DNA from: Heteronotia binoei
Lineage: Eukaryota
Direction: 5' to 3'
Assembly (NCBI RefSeq): GCF_032191835.1
Contig: NC_083237.1
Location: 18,910,001 to 18,974,000 of the forward strand
Length of the DNA stretch: 64,000 bases
Below the pieces are notes generated by a model. That model ran no database searches, had not been told where the DNA came from, and saw only the letters and a list, made by a program, of their open reading frames with translations. Positions 49,637 through 60,300 of the stretch are shown one piece after another. Made by a program: the position numbers and the translations under genes. Every line of letters starts with the position of its first letter. The stretch's first letter is position 1.

Positions 49637-50765
49637 ATGGAAATTACATGCTAAATGTAAAATGCAGCTGTGTTTTAAATGCCACTTCTTACCTCCATCA
49701 TCAATGTGTACGGGCAGCAGGCATCAAAAGTATTAGTGTACCTACATCCATCTCTGAAGAGATGCTGCATGGCCGTAAGGTACAGGGCAGGATTCCAGAC
49801 TGGGGAAGACAGGAGCAAAAGATATCAGAAAGTACCATAATTACTAAAATTGGAGATTCCTAAATTATTCCACCGGCATAGATATTATCCCCTAAACCCA
49901 GTTAGGAAGATGTCTATGGTTATGGTGTAGCGAGGGGAAAACGTTCTGCCTACATGAAGAACACTTGCATTGTTAGCATACAGATAAATTACGCTTGGCA
50001 TAGATTAGTTAGAACCTTCTATCATACTTAATTTTAGTGAGAGGTGATGGGAGTCAAAAGTGCCTGGGGATACCAGTCTTCCTGAAGCTTCCAGTAGTAC
50101 AGTGCTTATTTTTCAATAAGAGGTTTTGCAGTTTAAACCCGTCGGTGCATTATGCCTCTTCAGTCCTTATCCCAGATTTTAGGTCAGGTATGAAAAGGGA
50201 CTCAACAGCGATTGTTCATTGGTGAGTAAAAAGCATTCAGCACTCGCCCAGACATTCACTCCAGCGGTAACAGCAAACTATTAAAATCAGACCCCAGGCT
50301 GAGTGAAACTGGGCGTTTAATTTTCTGGTCTTGTCACAGGGCCTTATTTACTCCCAAGCAGTGTTCCCTTCCCTCTAACCTGAGTTAGTGTGAGCTAGCT
50401 CACAGTTTTTTACTCTCTGGCTCACCCATTTTTGTCTTACCTCAGGCAGGGTGGCCCCAGAGCAAACTAACGTATGCGGTAGCTCACAACTTTATAGTTC
50501 ACAAAATAGAATTTTTGCTCACAGCTTAGAGGGAACATTGCAGTCCCAAGACAAATTTTTCACTACAGAACAAGAAGGCAAGCCCAAAAGTGGAACTCGC
50601 ACCACAGCTTTCTTAGGCTTTATGTTTTCATTTTAGACATTAGAGAGGAAGGGGGGGGGGTTAAGGAGAGAGAAAAGATTTGAGGAGAAAATTACATGGG
50701 ACAGGGCAAAGGAGAATGAATTTGATCAAGAAGGAGTTAATAGGCTCCATGACAACTATTTTGAG

Positions 50766-51065
50766 ATCCGTGGCGCCGTGTTAAAGCTGCAGTACTGCAG
50801 TCCAAAGCTCTGCTCATGACCTGAGTTCGATCCCCAGCGTAAGCTGGGTTTTCAGGTAGCCAGCTCGAGGTTGACTCAGTCTTCCATCCTTCTGAGGTCA
50901 GTCAAATGAGTACCCAGCCTGCTGGGGGGAAAGTGTAAATGACTGGGGAAGGCAATGGCAAACCACCCTGTAAAAAGTCTGCCGTGAAAACATTGTGAAA
51001 GCAACATCACCCCAGAGTTGGAAAAGACTGGTGCTTGCACAGGGGACCTTTCCTTTTTTCCTTTC
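50766..51065 (+). mobile_element. Sauria SINE
   Basis: Consensus match. Confidence 0.8.
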
Positions 51066-51974
51066 CCCTCTTTCTCCTGCTCTGTGACAAAAACTGCTAA
51101 CTCCACAATAGAAAGGGCTAGAGCAAGGGGTGGCCAAACTGTGGCTCCGGAGCCACATGTGGCTCTTTCACAAACATTGTGTGAAAGCCCCCACTGCCCT
51201 GCAAGACAGCAGCCTGGAGAATGCATTTAAACTTAACGTTGCTTTCTTTCCACCTCTCCCTCTCCCAAAAATCTATTTTCCTTCTCTAGTGGTTCTCAAA
51301 CTAATGTCTTGCGGTTCTCAAACATCTGATATATATTCTATGTGGCTCTTAAATTAAGCATTTTTGGCCACCCCTGGGCTAGAGTGTTTCATTTCTATAC
51401 TCCATTTCTTTACTGTTCAGCAGCAGCTTGTTACAAAGCAAGCAAACTAACACAAGTGCCATTAAAACCAAGCCGGGGGAAAGTCTGCCTGAATACATAG
51501 CCTCTTAAAACTGGGTGACAGAAGGCCTCACTTCAACTGATAGCCTCTTAAATAAGGGATCTCCACAGAAAGTCTTTTCTGTGGCAGTCGCAGCTCCCAC
51601 CTCCTTTAAGGAAAGGAAAGGAAAGCCAACTTTGTTGAGACAATCTAAACGCCTGTCTGATCTAAAGGTCCTGCATATGGGAAGAGAGGCTTCTTCAAGT
51701 AAGAGGGAACCAGGCCAAAACCAAGGACTTGAATTGGATGTGTGCAGGCTGGTAGCCAATGCATAAACCAGTTTACATTAGACAGCTTAACACTCTAGAC
51801 CAGGAGTCCTCAACCCCTGGTCCGTGGCCTGTTAGAAACTGGGCCGTAAGTTGTAGAATTATTTCATTATATATTACCACGTAGTAGTAATAAGACAACA
51901 CTGGATTTATGTCCTGCCCTCCACTTCGAATTTCAGCGTCTCGGAGAGGCTCACAATCTCCTTTACCTTCCTCC

Positions 51975-52406
51975 TGTCAAGTCGGCTGAATTCAATAACG
52001 AGTCTCTTGATAAAGTAACAAGTTTATTGTAATCAGAACTGTAGACCATGGCAGAGATTGAAGGACTGAAACACATATGCACTAATCCAGTATTTAAAGT
52101 ATGAATCTAAAGGATTCCTACGGGGGGCAATCTATGCAACACATCTTCACACTAGGATGCTACTTCTTTCGTTCCCCGACCGAAGTCTTGACACCCCATA
52201 CTCCCCACAGAGAACAAGGCTGGGAAGGCGCCACTATCTTGTTCACAGGTTAGCATTTCAAAGCAGGTTACACAACAAAGGCCTTTCTAGAGAGGGGGCA
52301 GGAAAGTGAGCTAGCAGCCCCCGGTGTACACTGTAAAGTACCCAGACTCCTTCACTTCAGAACCAAACTTAATACAGATATTGGGTAACCCATAGCAGAC
52401 TTGACA
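51975..52406 (-). mobile_element. Probable solo LTR (432 bp) inserted in a Squam3-like SINE
   Basis: TGTCAAGTC...GACTTGACA termini; perfect 5-bp TSD CCTCC; TATA-like TTTAAATA at 52098-52091 and AATAAA at 52028-52023 on the minus strand. Confidence 0.75.
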
Positions 52407-52411
52407 CCTCC

Positions 52412-52819
52412 CCCACAACAGACACCCTATGAGGCGGATGGGGCTGAGAGAGCTCTCACAGAAGCTGCCCTTTCAAGGACAGCTCTGCAAGAACTACGGC
52501 TGACCCAAGGCCATTCCAGAAGCTGCAAGTAGAGGAGCAGGGAATCAAACCCACAACAGACACCCTGTGAGGTAGGTGGGGCTGAGATCTCCCCAGAAGC
52601 TGACCTTTCAAGGACAACTCTGCGAGAGCTATGGCTGACCCAAGGCCATTCCAGCAGCTGCAAGTAGAGGAGCGGGGAATCAAACCCACAACAGACACCC
52701 TGTGAGGTAGGTGGGGCTGAGATCTCCCCAGAAGCTGACCTTTCAAGGACAACTCTGCGAGAGCTATGGCTGACCCAAGGCCATTCCAGCAGCTGCAAGT
52801 AGAGGAGTGGAGAATCAAA
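52412..52819. repeat. Tandem triplication (135-138 bp unit) of the SINE body
   Basis: Units start at 52412, 52550, 52685; units 2 and 3 are nearly identical. Confidence 0.85.
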
Positions 52820-55800
52820 CCCGGTTCTCCTAGATAAAGAGTCCACACACTTAACTACCACACCAAAACTAATAGAAATAAATACACAATTGTATAATCC
52901 CAAAACCATTGCCCCCACACCCACCCCGGGGTCTGTGGAAAAATTGTCTTCCATAAAACTGGTCCCTGGTGCCAAAAAGGTTGGGGATCGCTGCTCTAGA
53001 TTGTAAAACAGCTGCACCAGCCAAATCAATGCACAGCAGCTGCATATAGAGCATTTGAATTAAAAATACTTGGCTGCCCCATGGAAAAAGAATGCATTTA
53101 CACTCCTGTGGTAACACCAAGGAAAAATTTCAGTGTAGCAGGACAAAGGGGAATGTTTTTTGTCCAAACCCACCTCCCCACACCGCTGAATAAATACTGC
53201 CCTCCCTGTGGCACCAAGTGAATCTTAATGCAACCCCCCCCACCCCTCCAGTGTTCAAGTTCACAATTCAGTATCTCTGCTTGGAGCTGGAGATTAAGAG
53301 AGATCCACCCCCAAGAGCTACTAGATCCAGAGAAGTCAACCTGCGATGTCTCAACTTTGAAAGACATCACCTTTCTCTTCCAAGAAACTGATACCCATGT
53401 CTCTGCCTCGCATATACTTATTAGTCCCCACACCAAGTAGAGTGCAACCTAGCTGCCAACAGTCACAACAGCTGTCTTCATTTTCTCTTCAGCACCCTTC
53501 ACAAAAAGTAGCCACAATCTGAAGGAAAATGTTGTCCTTTTATGGCTTAATGCGTGGAAACAGGCAGTTGTTTCTTGTGGCATGGAGGTGGACATCATGT
53601 TAAGTCTGTATTAAGAGTCAGAATACTTTTTCTCTAGGTTGTCAATGATACAAATATGTTTGTCATTAAAAAAAACCTTGCGCTGACAAAAACCTCCGTG
53701 AAAGTGGTCCCCTTCTGCAAATGTCGACTAAGCATGGCCGTAAGCTATAGTCACTGCTGGCTCAAGTACCTTTGCTTAATACCTTACTTTTTATGGTCTT
53801 CCTTAAGCCTGGTCTTTTAAGAATGAGTGACATTGACTATCTTTCAGAGTCTGTGTGCAGGAATACACGTGGCAGATGACCACAATGGTGACAAAATGTT
53901 TTGCAACACCCAAACATCTGGAGCTCCTCCAAGTCAAGGCTAACCAAACAACCTGAGACATCATGACAGTCAGAAGCAATGAGTCATTTCTAGCTCAACA
54001 TTTTGGAATTTTAAGCATCGTCATTTAGGAATATGCTAGACTGTTTCTACACTCAAGCACAATGAAAGACAGCAGTTCCAAATACTGTCTCTGGCCACAA
54101 CCATGCTTTCAGCAACAAGACTGGAAGATATGTAGCATGCATGCAGGTACTTGGGCAAACTGGCATTTCCTACTTCTGCACAAGCATATTTTAAACTGGG
54201 ATCAAACTGATGTTTTAAAACCTGCTTTGTGGGAGGATGGGGATGAAAAGGAAATAAAATGCTGTTTGACCAAGTAGCCACATTGAAGGTTTTATGGATC
54301 CAGGGGGGAGGAACAAGCATGCAAATGCCACTAATAATTACATCTTATTCTAGTACCACCTACAGTTAAATCAGATTTATCCTCACTTCTGAATACAACC
54401 AGTTTGCAGAAACAGTGAGGCAGAAAAAATCAGTCTGAAATACAATCTCACTTTGTGAGATCACGATTAAAATCTATTTGAGTAAGCATTCGTATGGAAG
54501 AATTTCCACAAAGTCTGGGTTCCCCATGTTTAGGAGAACTCTGGTTACAACAGAAGGAAAACAAAATGCAAATCACAATCCAGAACCTAAACACCAATTG
54601 ATTTCAGGGATGAAAGCAACTTCAAAGGTATTCTATCTTCACAATACATAGGTAAAAGGCAGCGCGCTTCCAGTTAAAATCAGTCTTAGTTATGTGCCTT
54701 AATGACACTGTATTTCCATCTCAGCAAGGCCAGGCTAGATTGGTATTAATTTGGGGGCAGAATCACAGGAAATGCAAACTAGGAAACTCAGGGTTGTTTT
54801 ATATTTTGTGTATGTGTGTGTGTGAGTAATCGCACCTAAAAGTTATGGCAACCTCTGGTGACTGACCTAAACCAGGGGCCTGGAGAATATTCATAGAGAT
54901 GGTTGGATAAAGCCTGCCCATCCTCCCGACTGCTGGTATTCCAAGGAGGTCTCCCATCCAAGTGCTTACCAGGTGACCCTGCTTAGCTTCCAAGATCTGC
55001 CAAGATGGGGCCTGCTTGGGCTATCCAGGTCAGGGCAAAAAACTCAGATTTTAAATGCATGCTCAACTTCATTCCAATAAATACTCTGCTAAATAAAACA
55101 AGTATTAAGCTGCAATTCTATTCAGGCAATGATTTTATTTATTTTAGCTGGCCATTCAAAAATTAAGGGGGATTTTCAGAATCCACTGTCTTCATTTTCA
55201 AATGTTATGACAGAATTCCTGTGTCTTCTATAAAGGCTTTCTTCCCACTAGTAATAGGATGCCATTTGCATCTTGAAGTCCAGCTTGAACACCCTATTGG
55301 GGGGAAAAATTTGGCAAAGTTAGAGATGAGCACAGAACAATTCTTTCATGAAAGAATATATGCATTTCCAAACCCATGCCTGTGGACAGGAAAAGAGCCC
55401 TCCCCTCCCATCAGCATGGACCAATCAGATCCAAACAGGCTGCATGGAGTGAAAGAGGGGGAAAAACCTGAGGGGACTTTAATGGTCAACAACCAATCAA
55501 CAGAACTGTTGGGATTTGGAGGGAGAATAGGAGGTTTTCTTACTAGGCAGGATGTTGACAAGGGACTGCAGTATATTTTTATTTATTGGCAAGGTTCAGA
55601 TGCTGTTCCCTCAAGGCAAACTTTAAGGAATCTTGCAGGTGTTTGTCAGGATAGAATCAATTTACTTAAAACATTTGTTAACTGCATTTCTACCTAAATG
55701 CACTCAAGACAGCTTACAATATAAACAGTTATAAAACATAAAATATGGTATTTTTCACGTTATCTCACACACCTAAATTAACAGATAACCCAGTGTAGTA

Positions 55801-55980
55801 ACAGGAGGGTGTGGGTGATAAGGTGGGGTCCCAGATCTCCAGCCTGAATGACGTTTTACTGGCCAAGTGGTAGAAATTAACAAGAGAAAAGCCTTCCTCA
55901 CGGGTTGTAACACCATGTGATGAGAAGATACCTCAGCCAACACCTCAGACTGTGTTTAAACCTCAGGTGCCTTTGTTTCA

Positions 55981-56131
55981 GCATGTGTGACCCCGCAAAA
56001 TTCAGTGCAGAACCATGGGATGGCCCAAACCCATCCCTAGGCTCTCCTGAGTGAAGAAAGGCCATCATTAATATACGATGACACAAAAACCCACTGCCCA
56101 AGTCTTGTGACAGTGAGAGGAACGGTCATCG
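55981..56131 (-). ncRNA. SNORA79: H/ACA snoRNA/scaRNA SNORA79 (ACA65)
   Basis: Minus strand CGATGACCGTTCCTCTCACTG...GGCAGTGGG...ATATTA (H box)...TCTTCACTCAGG...ATTTTGCGGGGTCACACATGC (ACA box 3 nt from the end). Matches human SNORA79 as I recall it; pocket sequences are complementary to U6 around U31 and U86. Confidence 0.9.
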
Positions 56132-56959
56132 GGAACTTTTATGTACAACCCACTTATCATTCCACCACCACACAAACACTCAAGCTTCTTTCCACAGTTT
56201 TACTTTTTTTGTATAGAACAGGGTTCTCAATACAGTGCCTTGAGATTGAAACGGAACTTTAAAAACCAGGGATCTTCAGGCTGCACCTTATCGGCTGACT
56301 GGTGAGAAGACTACCGTCTTCTGTCCCAGCCAGATGCCCTTAATTTATCCACTAACAAGAACTGTGGGACTCTGTGGCTGGACCGTAACAAAAACCAAAG
56401 CAAAGGACTGATCCTGCCCCACTGGTAGAGATTTTGGGATGGCTCCATTTCAGTGGCAGGCACTGTGATTTGTCCCCTCCACCTATGGTCTTCCATGGTG
56501 GTGGCGCCTGCCCAAAAATGCTGAGCTTGAACAAGATTGGGAGCCCTTGGTTTACAGCCAACACAGCAGCAACATTTAGAACCACTCCATCTTTGGCTAT
56601 GATTTCTGCTGCCCTTCAGGGCTAGAAGCTCAGCAGGCAAACTAAATTTGTACCCTCTTCTCTAAACAGCCTTTCAATTTTACCTACCTCAGTCCAAAGG
56701 AAGGAGTGTGCTAGATGAAAAGTCACTAGGGGAGCAGAGAGAGATCAGTTTCCATTTCTTATGCAGCTTTTCTACATCAGGATGGAAAAAAGGCTACGGC
56801 GGCTTTCTCATATTTGCAGACTCGCCACACCTATGAAAACCAAGAACAGTATAGGTTAGCGACTGATCTTCAAATGATGGCTTTTAGCTGACTACATACA
56901 TAACAGTGGGGAGGGAGGGGGTTCCTTCCTTTGAAGCCCTCACATAGCTGTTGGTGACC

Positions 56960-57065
56960 CGCAGCGAAACAAGCTTTGAGTCCAGTGGCACTTTTAAGAC
57001 CAACTAAGTTTTATTCGAGATATAAGCTTTCATGCGCATGCACATTTCATCAGATGTGACCACAC
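56960..57065 (-). mobile_element. Penelope-like element terminal-repeat remnant with hammerhead core
   Basis: CTGATGA-stem-GAAAGCTT...AATAAAAC...GGTCTTAAAAGTGCCACTGGACTC. Relatives at about 5685-5880, 30640-30750, 31850-31975, 38540-38660, 40000-40200, 57330-57430, 58260-58470, 59220-59390, 60840-60930. Confidence 0.6.
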
Positions 57066-57756
57066 GTATAGATAGAGGGTGAGCAGCAGACCTACATATA
57101 GGTAGGTGAGCAGCAAATTAGCATGCAATATAATTAAGGTGTTTAACAGATGCAAGGACCAAACATGAATAACAAGTTTAGTTTATATGTTACCATTTCT
57201 TAGGATTTAATTCCAGGAGAAAACATAATAAAGGATATTCATTCCTTGCATCTGTTAAATACCTTCATTCTGCTGTGTGCTAATTTGCTGCTCACCCTCT
57301 ACTTAAATGTAGGGACTGCCAACTTCCATTTCAATGTATCTGATGGAGGCTGCTTGCACATGAAACCTTGTACTTCCAATAAAACTTTGTTGGTCTTGAG
57401 TGCGCCACTGACCTCAAACTTTGTTCTGGTGGGAAAGCTGATGGAGAACAGTATTGGAATTCCAGGAACACTCCAACTCATTTTTCAAGGGACCCAGTTT
57501 ACATTGTATTTGTGAGCCAAAATAAAAGAAACAGGCTACACAATACTATGCAATTCCCAACACATAAGAACATAAGAGAAGCCATGTTAGATCAGGCCAA
57601 TGGCCCATCCAGTCCAACACTCTGTGTCACACAGTGGCAAAAAATGTTTATATATATATATATAACACAGAAAAGGGAGGAACATTCTTTACGTAAATGT
57701 GCAGCCACCTCCATTTGCTAATTTTTACATTTGTGGATGCATCTGCTGTGCCTAAG

Positions 57757-57834
57757 AATCTGCTCAGTGCATTCACATAATCAGGGTTAATCAGGTGAAA
57801 CACGGACAGAATGTGCAGCTCATCACAGCAGACT
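57757..57834 (-). ncRNA. SNORD126: C/D box snoRNA SNORD126
   Basis: AGTCTGCT-GTGATGA (C box)...GTCCGTGTTTCACCTGAT...CTGA (D box)-GCAGATT with a terminal stem; core matches human SNORD126 as recalled; same order relative to SNORA79 and CCNB1IP1 as in human. Confidence 0.9.
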
Positions 57835-59389
57835 CTTCAAAATATTCTCCACTTCCGGCTAATCCCCGAAGGAATGGGAAATCAAAATCAAACCAACTAA
57901 GGTACAGGAACTCATCGGTTCAAGAGAAGAGATCATACCTTTCTCCTACTGACCACCGAGGGCACCGAAGTCCCACTACAAGTTCTGAAATCCTTGGCCT
58001 TTTGTGGATTCGCTCAGCCCGTCATGTGACGGTGTCAGTCACTTCAGAATTCTATGGAATCAAGGTCTCTCGTTCATTTCCCTTCAAACCTGTGAATGAA
58101 AGCATCTATTATTACCACCATTCTAAAAGCAGGCAGACTGAGCCAACAAATCAAAACAGTCGTACTGATGCTTCTTCCATTGCAACATCTGTGTTTCATC
58201 TAACTAACAAGAATGCCAAATGTTAAGCCACAATCTATGCAATATTCCGGACTTGCTAACCACAGACAGATTTTAAGTGGGTAGCCATGTCGGTCTGAAG
58301 AAACAGAACAAAGTTTGAGGCCTGTGGCACGTTTAAGACCAACCAAGTTTTCTTCTGGGTTTAAGTTTTTATGTATGCACATTCTTCTTCAAGCAATGTG
58401 CATGCACCTGAAAGTTTGCATCTTGAATGATACTTTGTTGGGTCTTAAATGGCACCACTGGACTCAAAAAAATTTCTCACCAGACAATACAGCTAGTTTC
58501 AATGCAAGTTCAAAAACATGATGTGTTTTGAAGCAAATTAATTGATCATCTCAATCGGGCTTCTTAGATTACTACTACATTACTATGTTTATATTTTTTA
58601 TTCACATTAGGTCTTCCGCACCCCAGATCAGAGTTCTCTGGGGCAGGCAACACACAGAAGTTACAACTGCTATTACCTTTATAGAAACGAGCCTGTAGAA
58701 CTTTGTCTACATTGAGCCTTACATCAATGCATAGGGGACATTCAACGTTTACACCAGACCAGTGCTTTCCACCAACTACAGCAGGGCTTTGATACAGAGG
58801 TCTCAAACAGAACCTCTCCATTTTTTTTTCCCAACCTGGAAAATAAGAGACGTAAACATAACAGGTTACCAGAACACACAAGGCACCTTCACACATTAGA
58901 ATCAAATCTTGAAGGAAACGCAGTGCAAAGGCTACTGAATATTATGCTACATGCACAGTTAAAGGTGTTTTTTTTTCACATATGGAGCCCAAACAGCCCT
59001 TGAGATTCTCAAGATATTCACTTAAAGTTCAAGTGTTTCTAAGGTTGCACTTGCACAGAAATTACGTGGACAAAAACACCTTATTTAAATCTCAGGGATT
59101 AAAATGGCCTCGATTGAAGCAGCAGTACATCACCATCTTTCCAGCACTTTGATTAGCAAACTGCTCTTTTCTATCTCTTCCATCTTCCTCCCCAAGAGGA
59201 AAGCTAACCTAGCATCACTATAGATCCAGATGGGTAGCAGTGTTGGTGTGAAGCAGTAGAACAAAGCAAGAGTCAAGTTGCTCCTTTAAGACTAACGAAG
59301 TTTTATTCAGAATGTAAGCTTTCGTGTGCTTCTAGCACACGAAAGCTTACATTCTGAATAAAACTTCGTTAGTCTTAAAGGTGCAATTT

Positions 59390-59683
59390 GGGAAAGGAAA
59401 TGAAAGGTCCCCTGTGCAAGCACCAGCCGTTTCTGACTCTGGGGTGACGTTGCTTTCACGGCAGACTTTTTTACAGGGTGGTTTGCCATTGCCTTCCCCA
59501 GTCACCTACAGTGTCCCCCCCCCCAGTAAGCTGGGGGCTCATTTTTACCGACCTCGGAAGGACAGAAGGCTGATTCAACCTGGAGCCGGCTACCTGAAAA
59601 CCCAGCTTCCGCCGGGGATCCAACTCAGGTCGCGAGCAGAGCTTAGGACTACAGTACTACAACTTTAACACTCTGCGCCACGG
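59390..59683 (-). mobile_element. Sauria SINE
   Basis: Consensus match; flanked by a GGTGCAA duplication. Confidence 0.8.
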
Positions 59684-59699
59684 TGCAACTTGACTCTTG

Positions 59700-60300
59700 C
59701 TTTATTCGAGCATCACTATGTTAAAGCTCGCGACAATCCGTCCGATTTCCGCCTAGTGCCGCTTCAAAATAAAACAAAGTGGCCACAAAGCCTCTCCCGG
59801 CTCCAGGTATGTTCAGTGGTCCAAAGAAAACCCGGGGCGCACGCGGGGCTTGCATAAAGGGGCGTCGCACGTGCAGAGATTCGCCTTCAGCGCTGCAACG
59901 AGCAATGAATGGCGCATCAGGGCAGATGCGGCGAGCAAAACACGTGCCAAGGCCTGACCTGGAAAAGCGACCCCACGTGCCATCACACACCTTGGGTCCA
60001 GGGGCTGCCACACCCAAATATTCCAGCCGAACAACCCCTACTGCGATTACAGATCACCCCAAAAGAAAAAGAGGGGCGGATGACAAAACTAACCTGGGAT
60101 TAGCAGCAGATCCGTTTGCAGGCCCGAGAGAAGCTATGCACACCAAGGCCGCTTAGGAGACAAAGCGGAAAAGGATGGGCGGAGCAGGAAATACTGCCAC
60201 GCTGTCTTGCTATTGGCAGAGAAGACACGCCAATCACCTTTTTTTTTTGTTTGTCACGTGAGCTTGCGGTGGGGGACGGGTAGAAGGATGCATCCGAATG
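59700..60300 (-). promoter_or_regulatory. CpG-island promoter with TCT/5'TOP start, GC box, CCAAT boxes and four CACGTG E-boxes
   Basis: Minus strand TCCTTTTCC at 60175-60167; GGGCGG at 60177; CCAAT at 60212 and 60230; CACGTG at 59868, 59941, 59974, 60255; donor CAG|GTTAGT at 60094. Confidence 0.75.

Larger units (their letters stand above)
53451..60174 (-). ncRNA. Non-coding snoRNA-host exons (probable long 5' leader of CCNB1IP1)
   Basis: Candidate GT-AG exons 60094-60174, 58677-58835, 57939-58089, 56688-56830, plus weaker ones near 56.3-56.4, 55.8, 54.4, 53.8 and 53.5 kb. Both snoRNAs fall in the predicted introns. Exon set predicted by eye. Confidence 0.55.

Noticed and set aside
52412-52819. 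CRISPR-like or other prokaryotic repeat-spacer structure
   Set aside because: Tandem units have no unique spacers and the sequence is eukaryotic.
58693-58752. Possible 60-nt intron creating a 16-nt micro-exon in the host transcript
   Set aside because: Too short for a typical vertebrate intron and a poor polypyrimidine tract; treated as part of one 159-nt exon.
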